A DNA stretch of 64,000 nucleotides, taken from the NCBI GenBank assembly GCA_963665815.1, contig OY762463.1, positions 1,216,001-1,280,000 of the forward strand. Reading direction: 5' to 3'. Shown piece by piece: positions 29,478-40,131 of this stretch. The position numbers and the translations under genes were made by a program. This DNA is from Candidatus Cloacimonadales bacterium (lineage in GTDB: Bacteria > Cloacimonadota > Cloacimonadia > Cloacimonadales > JAIOQZ01). Numbering within the stretch: the first letter of the stretch is position 1; every line of letters begins with the position of its first letter. The notes beneath the pieces were generated by a model. The model was given only the letters and a program-made list of their open reading frames with translations. It made no database searches and was not told the DNA's origin.

Positions 29478-32400
29478 GATTTACTCCTGCTGATAATTTT
29501 ATATAGAACCGGTGTAAGAATAAGCGTAAGCAGTGTTGCAGCAGTAATACCACCAATAACAGTGATTGCCATGGCAGACTGTAGTTCTGCCCCGCTTCCC
29601 ACACCTAATGCAAGTGGTAACAAACCGAAAACTGTTGTAAAAGTTGTCATAAGAATAGGTCTTAACCGGACTTTAGCTGCCTGAACAATCAGCTCTTTTA
29701 CATCTTTAACACTGTCCCGATTCTGATTGATATAGTCAACTAGCAGAATAGCATCGTTCACAATTATACCCGTCAGAATGATAGCTCCAAGAGAAGACAT
29801 CACACTGATTGCTGTATTTGTCAGAGCCAGCGATAAAGCAATCCCAATCAATCCCATAGGAACCACGAACATAATGATAAAAGGCAGCTTAAATGATTCA
29901 AACTGAGATGCAAGAATCATATAAACCAGCATTACAGCGAATATTAGAGCGTAGATAAGAGAATTCATAGATGAAGAAATCTCTTTATTAACTCCTTCTA
30001 CGGCAATTCTTATGTTATCTGATTCAGGCATCATATCAATAAATTCATTACACTTTTCAATAGCTTCAGAAAGATCGGTATCATAGTTAAAGCTTATCTG
30101 AAGTTTTTTATTCTGGTCCGCTCTGTGTATCTCAGCTAAAGTAGTCTTCTTTTTCACACTGACCAGTAATCTTAACGGAACAGATTTATCTCCATAATGA
30201 ACATATTGCTTGAGAAGATTCTCCAGATTTTTCTCATCCGCAAACTTAAGTACAATGTCTATTTTATCATTGTTTTCACTGAAATCTGATACTTTGGTTC
30301 CTGTAATATGTGAACGGACCAAGTTAGCTATCTGAGTTACAGGGATTTCATACAAAGCTGCATTCTCTCTGTTGATTCTCAGCTCGAAAACAGGTTTTTC
30401 GTTTTCATAATTAGTGCTGAAGTTATGAAATCCTTTCACGTCTATGAGTAGTTTCTTCATCTCCTCAGCCAGATACTTCTGTTTCTCCAGATCCTCACCA
30501 TAAATGTTCACCTGAAGCCCGGACGCCTCTATATGCAGAAACTGAGACAGGATATTCGAACCTTTCTCATAGGTTATTTCTCCCGGGAATTTTGATGTAA
30601 TCTTCTCAAGATCATTTATCACTTCTGAACTCACTGCATCCTGATGTATCTTTACTTTGATTTCGGCAATATTCTTTGTAATAGCCTCATCAAGATAATA
30701 TGTTAATTTGTCCTCACTTGATTTACCAACGGATGTAAACCAGCTCTCTATTCTGCTGTCATCCTTAAGAATAGTCTCTATTCTTTCAGTAATCTCTTTA
30801 GTATGCTCAATTGAGATCCCTGAATCAAGTTTTATCCGAATAGAAAACTCTGACTGTTCAAAATCTGGAAATAGTTCAAAGTCCAATCCTATAAGCAGCA
30901 GGAATGCACCTCCCAACAATGCCATAAAAATAAAAAGAACTATAAAGCTGTTGTTAAGTGCAGTTCTCAGCAGATTCTCATATTTATTCGTAAATGCTTT
31001 AAAAAATTGATTGAATCCAGCAACCATCTTCTTCAAAATATATTGATAAAGGAGCTTCAAAAGGAAGTAAATCATGATAAAAGGATATATCGGAATTTTG
31101 GCGATTATCAGCAAAATTTTCACTATTTTTGATCTTACTTTCTTCGTCTTCTCCCTGGGATTTCTTCTTAGAGACATAAGTAGAGGCAGCAGAGTAACAG
31201 ACACAAGCAGAGATGATAAAAGAGAAAATGAAACTGTCAATCCCTGCTGTCTGAACAAAGATGAAGCCACTCCTCTGACAAAAAGAATAGGTATGAACAC
31301 TGCAAGAGTAGTCAGAGTTGAAGCAGTAATTGCCAATCCGACTTCCTTTGTTCCAAGAAAACTCGCTTTTGCCCAGGATAGTCCCTTTTCTCTGTATCTA
31401 TGTATACTCTCAGATACTATTATGGAGTTATCTACAAGCATCCCGACCCCTAAAGCAATACCCGAAAGAGAGATAATATTCAGTGTTATTTTACTGAAGA
31501 ACATCATAATGAATGTAATCAGTATTGAGGTCGGAATAACAACAGCTATCTGTAACGGATTACTCAAATCCTCCAGAAAGAAAAACAGAACAATAAACGC
31601 CAGAATAGCACCGATTATAATTGCTTCCAGTACACTTTTGATTGAATCTTCAACAAACACTGACTGATCTGAAGCAATATGAAACTCAATATCCTCATAT
31701 TCACTTGATATTTTCTTTAATGTCTCTCGTACCAGTTCACATACCTGAACTGTATTTGCTCCGGATTCTTTTCTGATAAGTAATCCAAGAGTTCTGGACG
31801 AATTGAAACTTGTTATACTGAAATCATCTGAGTAGGAAAATGAAACATCTGCAATATCTCCTAAAAGCACAGCATTCCCTGAACCTGTATTGATAATCGG
31901 TATAGCCTTTATAGATTCCAAATCCTCAAATTCACCCTTCATACTTATGCTGAAACGGTAGTGCCCTTCTTTTATAGAACCACCCGGAGCACTAAAACTT
32001 GAATTACGGATAATAATTCCAACTGTTGTTGCGTTCAATCCGAAAATGTTAAGCTTATCTTCATCAACTGTGATTGATACTTCTCGATCAAGATCTCCGA
32101 TAATCTCTGCCGAAGCAACACCGTCAAGCTGCTGTAATCTTCTTTTTATCAGATTCTCAGATAGACGTTGAAGCTGAACTATACCTGCATTGCTCTTAAG
32201 CGAAACGGCTATATGCATGACAGGATCTTCTGAGGGATCAACCCGTGCAATATTGGGTCTCTCCATTTCGTCAGGTAAAATATATCTTATCCCGTCGAGC
32301 TTCTCCCTGAGATGCAGAGCAGCATAAGACATCTTTGTACCCCAGTTATACTTTATGGATACAATTGATACATTCTCACGTGACTCCGAATCTACACTTT

Positions 32401-32632
32401 TTACATTTTTTAGTGTTGATACCGTCTCTTCAACAACCTGAGTTACAAGACGTTCCACCTCTTCAGGCGATGCATCGGGATACGTGGAAATGACAGTCAA
32501 TTGAGGATATCCGATATCCGGTAGAAAGTCAATTGACAATTGCAGATATGAAACAATTCCCATGATAACAGTAAGAAGATAGAACATCATTATACTGATA
32601 GGACGTTTTATACTAATTTCAGTAATTTTCAT
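29474..32632 (-). CDS. RND efflux permease (AcrB/MdtB-like)
   Basis: SIKRP, GMLVDNSII, GIIVNDAILL, RLRPILMTT. Confidence 0.92.
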   Translation of the reverse strand: MKITEISIKRPISIMMFYLLTVIMGIVSYLQLSIDFLPDIGYPQLTVISTYPDASPEEVERLVTQVVEETVSTLKNVKSVDSESRENVSIVSIKYNWGTKMSYAALHLREKLDGIRYILPDEMERPNIARVDPSEDPVMHIAVSLKSNAGIVQLQRLSENLIKRRLQQLDGVASAEIIGDLDREVSITVDEDKLNIFGLNATTVGIIIRNSSFSAPGGSIKEGHYRFSISMKGEFEDLESIKAIPIINTGSGNAVLLGDIADVSFSYSDDFSITSFNSSRTLGLLIRKESGANTVQVCELVRETLKKISSEYEDIEFHIASDQSVFVEDSIKSVLEAIIIGAILAFIVLFFFLEDLSNPLQIAVVIPTSILITFIMMFFSKITLNIISLSGIALGVGMLVDNSIIVSESIHRYREKGLSWAKASFLGTKEVGLAITASTLTTLAVFIPILFVRGVASSLFRQQGLTVSFSLLSSLLVSVTLLPLLMSLRRNPREKTKKVRSKIVKILLIIAKIPIYPFIMIYFLLKLLYQYILKKMVAGFNQFFKAFTNKYENLLRTALNNSFIVLFIFMALLGGAFLLLIGLDFELFPDFEQSEFSIRIKLDSGISIEHTKEITERIETILKDDSRIESWFTSVGKSSEDKLTYYLDEAITKNIAEIKVKIHQDAVSSEVINDLEKITSKFPGEITYEKGSNILSQFLHIEASGLQVNIYGEDLEKQKYLAEEMKKLLIDVKGFHNFSTNYENEKPVFELRINRENAALYEIPVTQIANLVRSHITGTKVSDFSENNDKIDIVLKFADEKNLENLLKQYVHYGDKSVPLRLLVSVKKKTTLAEIHRADQNKKLQISFNYDTDLSEAIEKCNEFIDMMPESDNIRIAVEGVNKEISSSMNSLIYALIFAVMLVYMILASQFESFKLPFIIMFVVPMGLIGIALSLALTNTAISVMSSLGAIILTGIIVNDAILLVDYINQNRDSVKDVKELIVQAAKVRLRPILMTTFTTVFGLLPLALGVGSGAELQSAMAITVIGGITAATLLTLILTPVLYKIISRSKS

Positions 32633-32637
32633 AATTA

Positions 32638-33708
32638 TCAGAACTGCCTTGAGATTTCAGCAAAGGAAATAGTATCTGCTACACTGATATTGGCATCGTG
32701 TGACAATGAGAAGTTTCCTTCCACTATTATTTCCTGACCAGCCTCAACACCATCAAGAATCTCTGTAAAATACTCTGTTTTTACTCCCGGTTTCACATAC
32801 TGCCATTTAGCGAGTCCATCCTGAGCAGCAAATACAAGAGTTTTACCATCTCTCGAAAGTACTGCATCTCTATGAACAAAAACAACATTCTTATTGATTT
32901 TTCTGGCAATCTTCACATCTGCATACATGCCATGCTTAATTCTGCCATTGTTTTTGAGCTCAATTATAACTCTGCAGACTCTTGTTACTTCATTAACATC
33001 CGGAGAAATTGATTTAACTTTTCCCTCAAATACTTCTCCTGTAACTGCCGGAAATTTTATCTTGCAGTATGCCCCTTTTTTTATCTCATTCACTTCTGAT
33101 TCCAGAATATTGACTTCTACTCTCATTATTTCCATATCATAAAGTGAGTAAAGCTTTTGTCCTGCCGAAATTTCTTCACCGGCTTCTACAAATATTTCTG
33201 ATACAGTTCCTGAGAATGGAGCTTTCACGATAGCATGTTTTAAGTTGTTTTCCAGTTTTTCCCTGTACAGCATGGCTTCAGATAATCCTGTCTGCAACTT
33301 CAGATTCTCATTAGAGCTGTTCTGAGAAACAGTCTTCCACGCATCATATTCTGCTCTTGCTTTCTGCTCCTGAATCTGAGCTCCCCTTAAATCTAGCTCA
33401 AGATTATCCGATTTCAACTCAATAATTGTATCGTTCTCAGCACATCTATCATATTCATCAAAATTGATTTCTTTAATCTCTCCGCTAATCTGAGCATTGA
33501 CATCCAGACTCCTTCTGGCATATGTTACACCATTAGCAGTCAGATATTCTGTAAGATCACCTTGAACGGCTGGAGATACTGTAACTGGAACAGATATTTT
33601 GTAATTTGTGTCTGCCTTTTTAGCAGCGTCTTTCTTCTTTTTAAGGAATTTACACCCTGTGATAATCATTCCAAAAACTATTAAACAAATAATCAATCTT
33701 CTATTCAT
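32638..33708 (-). CDS. RND periplasmic adaptor (MFP), lipoprotein
   Basis: Lipobox ITGC, VKAPFSGTV, ISPDVNEVTR, HGMYADV; start MNRRL at 33708. Confidence 0.88.
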   Translation of the reverse strand: MNRRLIICLIVFGMIITGCKFLKKKKDAAKKADTNYKISVPVTVSPAVQGDLTEYLTANGVTYARRSLDVNAQISGEIKEINFDEYDRCAENDTIIELKSDNLELDLRGAQIQEQKARAEYDAWKTVSQNSSNENLKLQTGLSEAMLYREKLENNLKHAIVKAPFSGTVSEIFVEAGEEISAGQKLYSLYDMEIMRVEVNILESEVNEIKKGAYCKIKFPAVTGEVFEGKVKSISPDVNEVTRVCRVIIELKNNGRIKHGMYADVKIARKINKNVVFVHRDAVLSRDGKTLVFAAQDGLAKWQYVKPGVKTEYFTEILDGVEAGQEIIVEGNFSLSHDANISVADTISFAEISRQF

Positions 33709-33842
33709 AAAACTTCCTTTGTGAAAATCATTGAGATCAAAGCACATTTGTACTATATGATTTTTGTTCCCTCTAACCTTTATTTATATGCAACCTCACT
33801 ATTGACAACCTTTTTTTTGTTTTTTCTGTTGTTTCAAATCTC

Positions 33843-35582
33843 TTAATTATTCTGAACTTTCCTTTTCAACACATAATATCTAAGTAACGGACTGAATTCA
33901 CTGTCAGCCTTCTCTTTTATAAATTCTTCATTTGACTGCACTTCACTACTAAAATGATTCAGCAGTACTTGAGCATATCCTGAGAGAATCTCATTTTCAT
34001 GCTTCATATTTATTATTTGATTAATTTTCCCGTTTTGTCCGGATTCAAATGCCCAATACAATCCGTAAACTAAAAATACATCATCATTCTTTTCCTTAAA
34101 CAACCTTACACATTCACTCACAGCACTGTCTGCATAAGCATTATTATACAAAGTATACAATTCCCAGAATTTCCCTTTATTTTCCGGCTTTACATTCTTT
34201 ATAGCATTTGACAGCATCAAAAAATCATTAACACTCTCTCCCGAAGGATATGTTACTATCACTTCTGCAAGAATCGTATCTGCCTTTTCAGTTTCACCTT
34301 CCAGCAAAAACTTCTGAACTTCAAGAAAATTCAGTTCTATCTTCTGGGTATCATTAGAAGCATTAAGCTTTAACATGTTTTTCTGCTTTTCATAGTCTTC
34401 CATGGAACCATTAATTAGATAATGTTTCATAAGCTCCATTACAACCTGATTTCTCTGAAACATATTATTTGTCGATTTCAATGCAAAATTCAGATACTCA
34501 AGCATTTTAGAAAAATCGTGATTGAGGTTTCTTTCCAGTTCAGCAAGAATTACAGCAGTTTCAAATTTAAGGTTTTTCCTGCGTGTTCTATACTTTTTCT
34601 TCTGTAAGTCAGAGAACAGAAGATTCATATCATTATATGCTAATCTGAACTCTCCCCTGCTGATATCTACTCTGGCAATATCGAGCCTGATCTCTGCTTT
34701 TTCGACAAAACCGTTTATTGAGTCTAACAGATATACATATCCTTTTCTGGCAACTTCCCAGTTCTTAAGCTGCATCTGCTGGCGAATGAAATTATATATT
34801 TTATCGGCAGGAAGCTTTTTCACCTCTTTCAAAGCAGACTCATAATCATGCACATGATTGTATAACTCTGTCATAATATCAGCGGAAATCTCAGTTTTAA
34901 GCCTCCCGACTTCCTTTTCGATTGTTCTCATCTGAGTAATATCTGCATCCAGAACCATCCTCAGTAATCTCAGCATTGAATACCTCTGATTTCTGTTTTC
35001 TGAATATTTCAGTATTTCTTTAATTGCCTTTCCCGGTTTGTTTACATTCTGGTAAGCTGTTGCCAACTGAACAATATACAGCTTCGGATTCTCTCTGATT
35101 GCTCTGGTTTTCTCATATATTTTTATTGCAAACTCATCATCCTTATAAGCGGTAAACAACGATCCCATACTATTCGCCAGTCCCACCTTAAAATTACTTT
35201 TATTCAAAGCATATAGAGCAAGCTTTTCCGCACTGTCAACTTCACCTTTCTGAAGATACAGCCGAACCTGCATATCCGTTCTCTTATCTTCCGGGATAAC
35301 ATTTTTATGTTTATTTAAAACTTCTTCTGCTTCTACCAGTCTTGATGTTCTCATAAGAATATTGAACAATCTGTTGATCGCCATTATATCATTCGGATAA
35401 TCACTGAGCATATTCCTGTATATTTCTTCAGCAACATCATACTGCCCCTGAATCTCCATCTTCTGGGCACTGCTGAGCATCTTTGATCTCTTATTACTAC
35501 CTGAAGGCAGCCTTATCATATTTCCCTGAGCAGACAGCATTACAGGTATTAGTACAGCAATAAGATATATCAGCTTTCTCAT
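33843..35582 (-). CDS. Secreted TPR protein
   Basis: Signal peptide and multiple TPR-like helix pairs. Confidence 0.7.
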   Translation of the reverse strand: MRKLIYLIAVLIPVMLSAQGNMIRLPSGSNKRSKMLSSAQKMEIQGQYDVAEEIYRNMLSDYPNDIMAINRLFNILMRTSRLVEAEEVLNKHKNVIPEDKRTDMQVRLYLQKGEVDSAEKLALYALNKSNFKVGLANSMGSLFTAYKDDEFAIKIYEKTRAIRENPKLYIVQLATAYQNVNKPGKAIKEILKYSENRNQRYSMLRLLRMVLDADITQMRTIEKEVGRLKTEISADIMTELYNHVHDYESALKEVKKLPADKIYNFIRQQMQLKNWEVARKGYVYLLDSINGFVEKAEIRLDIARVDISRGEFRLAYNDMNLLFSDLQKKKYRTRRKNLKFETAVILAELERNLNHDFSKMLEYLNFALKSTNNMFQRNQVVMELMKHYLINGSMEDYEKQKNMLKLNASNDTQKIELNFLEVQKFLLEGETEKADTILAEVIVTYPSGESVNDFLMLSNAIKNVKPENKGKFWELYTLYNNAYADSAVSECVRLFKEKNDDVFLVYGLYWAFESGQNGKINQIINMKHENEILSGYAQVLLNHFSSEVQSNEEFIKEKADSEFSPLLRYYVLKRKVQNN

Positions 35583-38500
35583 TTGTCACCTCCTTGAGAT
35601 TCCTTATTCAATTGGCGAATATACTCCTGGATTACCTCCTGATATTCCTCGGGATAATCACTCAAATTCCTGTACAATTGTGCCTTCTGCTTCATTGAAT
35701 TGAATTTCTCAAGCACATGTTCCGGTACTGTCCAGTCTTTGTTCGATCTTTCAGCACGTCTCTTCTTAGATGTTTCTCTCTTGTTGATTGATTTCTGTAT
35801 ATCAAGCATTTTTGATACAATTTTGCTCTGTCTTTCGATTAGCTCTCTATCAACTTTTCGATATCTCATTTGACGTGAAATTTCTTCAAGTTCATCTATA
35901 AGCTGCTGCATTGCGTCAGCCTGTTTCTGAGCTTCCCCTTCAGTCTGCAGCATTCTTTTCATGTTCTCTGCCATTCTCTGTTCATTACCAGCCATTTCCT
36001 GAAGCTGCTTTCTCTGTTGTGAAGACATTCCGCTGTCAGATAACTGATCAAACAACTGCTGAGTCATCATATTCATTGTCATCTGTTCTGCACTCATTTT
36101 CTGCATTGACTGCATGAAGGACTGCATTGAACCGCTTCCTCCGCCAGATGACATACTTGCCTGCGACTGCATCAGATCATAAATCATTGTATTCAGTATT
36201 CCCTGAAGCTCAGGCAGATACTTGTTTATATTATACACTTTCGCATCATTGATATCTGTAAACATATTATGATACACTTCACTCAAACGGGCTACATCAG
36301 TAAAAAACTTCGGAGTAATGAACAATACCGATTGCGGTATGGAGTATAGTTTTTTTAGTGTAACCTCCACTCCTTCCTTGATAGCAATCTGTTCTTTCAC
36401 GATCTTAAACGGATCTCCGTCATATCTTTTAATATTATCCTCAAGTAATGTTGACAATAAAGTGAATCTCAATATCGAATCAGATATTACAGTTCCAATA
36501 TCCCCCATCTGTCCACCGGACATCATTGACTGCATCATCTTCAGATTTTCCTGCATCTGCTGCATCTGCTGCATAGCATTCTGCTGATTCTGCTTAGATT
36601 TCTGCATCTGATTATTCTTCATGTTCTCAGAACTCTTCTTCATCTCTTCATCAAGCTTATTTTCGTCCAGTTTCTGGAGTTCATCCTGCATTTTCTGCGA
36701 TAAACTGTCCTGCTCCGAGAATAAGTCTTCGGAGTCCTTCATCTGCTTTTCCAGACTCTTCAACTTTTCTCTAAGTTCTTCCTGACGCTTTGCCAGTTTG
36801 TTCTTATCTGCCCCTTCTTTTGTATCCTTCATCAGTTCCTGCTGCTGTTTCATCAGTTCTTCCAGCATTTTCTCGCTTTTCTGAAGGCTTTGCTCCTGTT
36901 TGAGCTGTTCAAGTAGTTCAAGAGTCTGATCCAGCTTCTTATTGTATTCTTCAATGCTGAATTTGAACTTTTCAAGAGATTTCAGAATGTCCTTTTTATT
37001 CATATCAAAGACATTTTCCTGCATCTTCCTCATTTCTTCCTGTAATTCATCAGTAAAAACTTCATCCATCATATCCTTGATCTTTTCCATTTTATCAAGA
37101 GTTTCTTTCTGCAACGATTCGTTCTGTTCATATTGATCAATTACTTTCTCATATTCCTTTGCAAGCTTCTTGATATTTTCAGCAATTTTCTGTTGTTCTT
37201 TGAGGACAGCCTCAAGCTCTTTCTTATCCTCCCATTCAGGATTTTCTTTCTTCATCAGCTTTCTACGCTGTTTTTCCAATTCATTCAGCATTTCCTCGGA
37301 TTCTTTCTTCTGATCTTCAAATGAATCTTTTAAATTATCCTCAGTTTTTTCAAGCTGTTGATATATCTCCTCAATTGACGGAACTCTTAACCTGTACTTA
37401 CGGCTCATACCTGTTTGCGGACTCGGTTTATTATCTTTGACTGTTATCCAGTATTCAAGTTCATCTCCCGGACCGAGATCAAGGCTTTGACCATCAAAAA
37501 GATAATCCGTATCATACGTTATACCTTGAATTTTACCCTGAATACTTCTCGAACCTTTTTTACCAAGATACCTGAAATGAAATTTCAGCGAATTAAGCCC
37601 GAAGTCATCGGACACAAGAAAGTGCATTCCAGCATACATATCACGAGACAATATTGTATCTCTTGCAGGATAAGTTATTTCCGCAACAGGAATCTCGTCT
37701 TTGATAACTTTTATATAATAGTCAATTCTCTGAGACTGATTCCCCAGAAAATCCATTATCCTGAAATAGTATGACGAGGATCTGTCAGCCTTAAACTCCA
37801 CTGAGAACCTTTTTGCTGCTATCCTCTCCATTTTGAGAATATCACCACCATTCCACATAATATCTGCTGACTGAAGATCATTATTCGCTTCAATTTCTAT
37901 TTGCACTTTCGTTCCTTCCGGAACATTAAAATTACCATCAGCATTTTTATATTCATCGTCATCGAGATGCATGTATTCAGGATACTTCATTTTAAGATTA
38001 ATGGATCTTATCACGGGTTTTTCATAAACATCCACACGGAAAGTATCTGAGATCCCATATTGGCTTCTAACGAAATACGAGAATGAATGATCTGAATCTT
38101 TCAATTCTATAAAACCATCAGTCATTGACGATTTCTTCCAGATTTCGGTCTCTTTTGTATACAATGAATACTCAGAAATTTCCATAGGATTAACAACTGT
38201 TATTTCAAGCTCATCACCCCGGAGGATTTCCACTGATCCGGGTAAAATCTGAATGTTCTCAACAACTTTATTCTCAGGTATCCTGTATCTTAATAACGTA
38301 TTGATAGAAGACTTGATATTGGCTGGAAAAATCATAAAATGAGTGGAGAAAACAATTATCATAACTAAAGCTGTCAGAAGTTGTTTTTCTATAGGACGTT
38401 TGAACAAAGAAAGAGTTTCTGAATGTTCATCTGCCTGTTCCAGAATCACCGATACAATTTGGTTTTCACCTTTCTCATGCATTAATTCAAGAGCATTCTG

Positions 38501-38812
38501 CATTGTATCTGATTTATCATTATTGTGAATATCAAGAATTCTGGCTGCCTGTATTTCTGAAACTACATTTGCTAAAGTTTTATATATAATAAATATGTAA
38601 ATAGACAGCATTATCAGCCAGACAGCAATATTTGACCAGTATGATACAATTGCATGGTTTTCTGGGATTATTGATTTTAGAATTACAGGAAAGGCAAATC
38701 CAATATTCAAATGAATCAGCATTAACAGAACAATACTTACAGCAGCATTAAGAACGATGTTATTATTCAGCTTTGACTGCTGTTTTTTTATCTTTATTTC
38801 AAACTTACGCAT
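35579..38812 (-). CDS. DUF4175-like membrane protein with Ig-like domains and a long Q/M/E-rich coiled coil
   Basis: Three N-terminal TM segments, YPEY, SDDFGL, DNKP, long coiled coil, PEEYQEVIQEY. Confidence 0.65.
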   Translation of the reverse strand: MRKFEIKIKKQQSKLNNNIVLNAAVSIVLLMLIHLNIGFAFPVILKSIIPENHAIVSYWSNIAVWLIMLSIYIFIIYKTLANVVSEIQAARILDIHNNDKSDTMQNALELMHEKGENQIVSVILEQADEHSETLSLFKRPIEKQLLTALVMIIVFSTHFMIFPANIKSSINTLLRYRIPENKVVENIQILPGSVEILRGDELEITVVNPMEISEYSLYTKETEIWKKSSMTDGFIELKDSDHSFSYFVRSQYGISDTFRVDVYEKPVIRSINLKMKYPEYMHLDDDEYKNADGNFNVPEGTKVQIEIEANNDLQSADIMWNGGDILKMERIAAKRFSVEFKADRSSSYYFRIMDFLGNQSQRIDYYIKVIKDEIPVAEITYPARDTILSRDMYAGMHFLVSDDFGLNSLKFHFRYLGKKGSRSIQGKIQGITYDTDYLFDGQSLDLGPGDELEYWITVKDNKPSPQTGMSRKYRLRVPSIEEIYQQLEKTEDNLKDSFEDQKKESEEMLNELEKQRRKLMKKENPEWEDKKELEAVLKEQQKIAENIKKLAKEYEKVIDQYEQNESLQKETLDKMEKIKDMMDEVFTDELQEEMRKMQENVFDMNKKDILKSLEKFKFSIEEYNKKLDQTLELLEQLKQEQSLQKSEKMLEELMKQQQELMKDTKEGADKNKLAKRQEELREKLKSLEKQMKDSEDLFSEQDSLSQKMQDELQKLDENKLDEEMKKSSENMKNNQMQKSKQNQQNAMQQMQQMQENLKMMQSMMSGGQMGDIGTVISDSILRFTLLSTLLEDNIKRYDGDPFKIVKEQIAIKEGVEVTLKKLYSIPQSVLFITPKFFTDVARLSEVYHNMFTDINDAKVYNINKYLPELQGILNTMIYDLMQSQASMSSGGGSGSMQSFMQSMQKMSAEQMTMNMMTQQLFDQLSDSGMSSQQRKQLQEMAGNEQRMAENMKRMLQTEGEAQKQADAMQQLIDELEEISRQMRYRKVDRELIERQSKIVSKMLDIQKSINKRETSKKRRAERSNKDWTVPEHVLEKFNSMKQKAQLYRNLSDYPEEYQEVIQEYIRQLNKESQGGDK

Positions 38813-39704
38813 TAACTTTACTATTCTCCCAGTTCATACTTTGAGATATGTTGTTTTCCCTCAGGTAACCGAAAAGACTGTTCATCCAATGTTTCTTTGA
38901 TCCGGGGAAAGGATTTAAAGCTATCCCGTTTTTCATTACATTTGATGTAAAACACCTCGTAATGTAGATATCCGGCCTCATTATTTTTACGCATTCTGCC
39001 AGAATTTCTATATATTGCTCCAAATCCGGAATTTCTTTCTCAACTCCAAGTTTAGCAAGAGGAGTATCCTTATATATAACTAAATTATGGAATTTTATTT
39101 CATGCAGGAATTCAACGGTGTTCAAATATTCCATACTATCTTTTATATCATCTGCACTTTCACCAGGTATTCCGACAATCAGATGTGCTCCAATATTTAT
39201 TTTATACCTGCACAATAAGTCCATAACACTACGTATATCATCAACGCTATGATTACGATTAAGAAAACTCAGGCTTTTCTCATGGATACTCTGAACACCA
39301 ATCTCAACAGTTGTTCTCTTCTTTAATTCTTTCAATCTTTTAACAATTGATTCAGAAAGAAAATCCGGACGAGTTGAAATCACAATTTCGACAATAGCAG
39401 GATGTTCATCTGCCACTTTGAAGCATTCCATCAAATCATCTTCATTACCATATGTGGAAGTCTCAGATTGGAAATACGCAATGAATCGACCTTTTCTTCC
39501 GGCAATATGTCTGGTAATCTGTTCTCCAACAGATTCTACCTGAGATTCTTCCCGCTCAAATGTATCCGGAAGACAGAAGACACACCCGCCTTTCTCTCTG
39601 TTAGGGCATATTCTGTTTATTCTAAGCCCGATTCTGTTTATTTTCTCGTTGTACTCTTTTTTTACATAAAGAGAATACATGTTAAGATATTTTGTTATAT
39701 CCAT
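38805..39704 (-). CDS. TIGR01212 (YhcC-like) radical SAM protein
   Basis: CPNREKGGCVFC, AYFQSETSTY, STRPD, EIGVQS, IKFHNL. Confidence 0.85.
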   Translation of the reverse strand: MDITKYLNMYSLYVKKEYNEKINRIGLRINRICPNREKGGCVFCLPDTFEREESQVESVGEQITRHIAGRKGRFIAYFQSETSTYGNEDDLMECFKVADEHPAIVEIVISTRPDFLSESIVKRLKELKKRTTVEIGVQSIHEKSLSFLNRNHSVDDIRSVMDLLCRYKINIGAHLIVGIPGESADDIKDSMEYLNTVEFLHEIKFHNLVIYKDTPLAKLGVEKEIPDLEQYIEILAECVKIMRPDIYITRCFTSNVMKNGIALNPFPGSKKHWMNSLFGYLRENNISQSMNWENSKVNA

Positions 39705-39821
39705 TATATAAAAACCTTGTAAGCATGTGATAAAAGAAGCGATTAATTGTCAATGAATGATTATTTTCCTGTTACTTCACTGTATAATAAATTTTTGTAG
39801 TGCAAAAGAAAACACCTGTTA

Positions 39822-39905
39822 TAGACCTTAGCATAATTGGTGTAATTGACTCAATTTTCGAATTCATCAAATCCTGATCTGCAATAGCAGACTCCGTTAT
39901 GCAAT
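39822..39905. mobile_element. MITE-like element, copy 5 (right end degenerate)
   Basis: TAGACCTTAGCATAATTGGTGTAATTGACTCAATTTTCGAATTCATCAAAT matches the left part of copy 1. Confidence 0.6.
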
Positions 39906-39953
39906 AAAAAAACTTGACTTTCTGAAGTGCAAAAGAAATTTAAAGTCAGTTAT

Positions 39954-40029
39954 GGGGCATTAGCTCAGCTGGGAGAGCGCATGACTGGCAGTCATGAGGT
40001 CAGCGGTTCGATCCCGCTATGCTCCACCA
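39954..40029 (+). tRNA. tRNA-Ala(GGC)
   Basis: 76-nt cloverleaf, anticodon arm CATGA-CTGGCAG-TCATG, GGTTCGATCC, G3:U70, encoded CCA. Confidence 0.97.
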
Positions 40030-40131
40030 TAACTTTTAACTGTTTATTTAATGTAGAAAATTACGTATCTGTTATTTCTGAATTTTCATATGCTACACTA
40101 TAATCATTTTCAACTACCAGGTGGAGACGTT

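Noticed and set aside
35900-37330. Q/M-rich low-complexity stretch as a nucleotide repeat
   Set aside because: Explained by the coiled-coil coding sequence of the DUF4175-like protein.
39954-40029. tRNA-Ala as an island integration site
   Set aside because: No integrase and no duplicated tRNA 3' end seen within the window.
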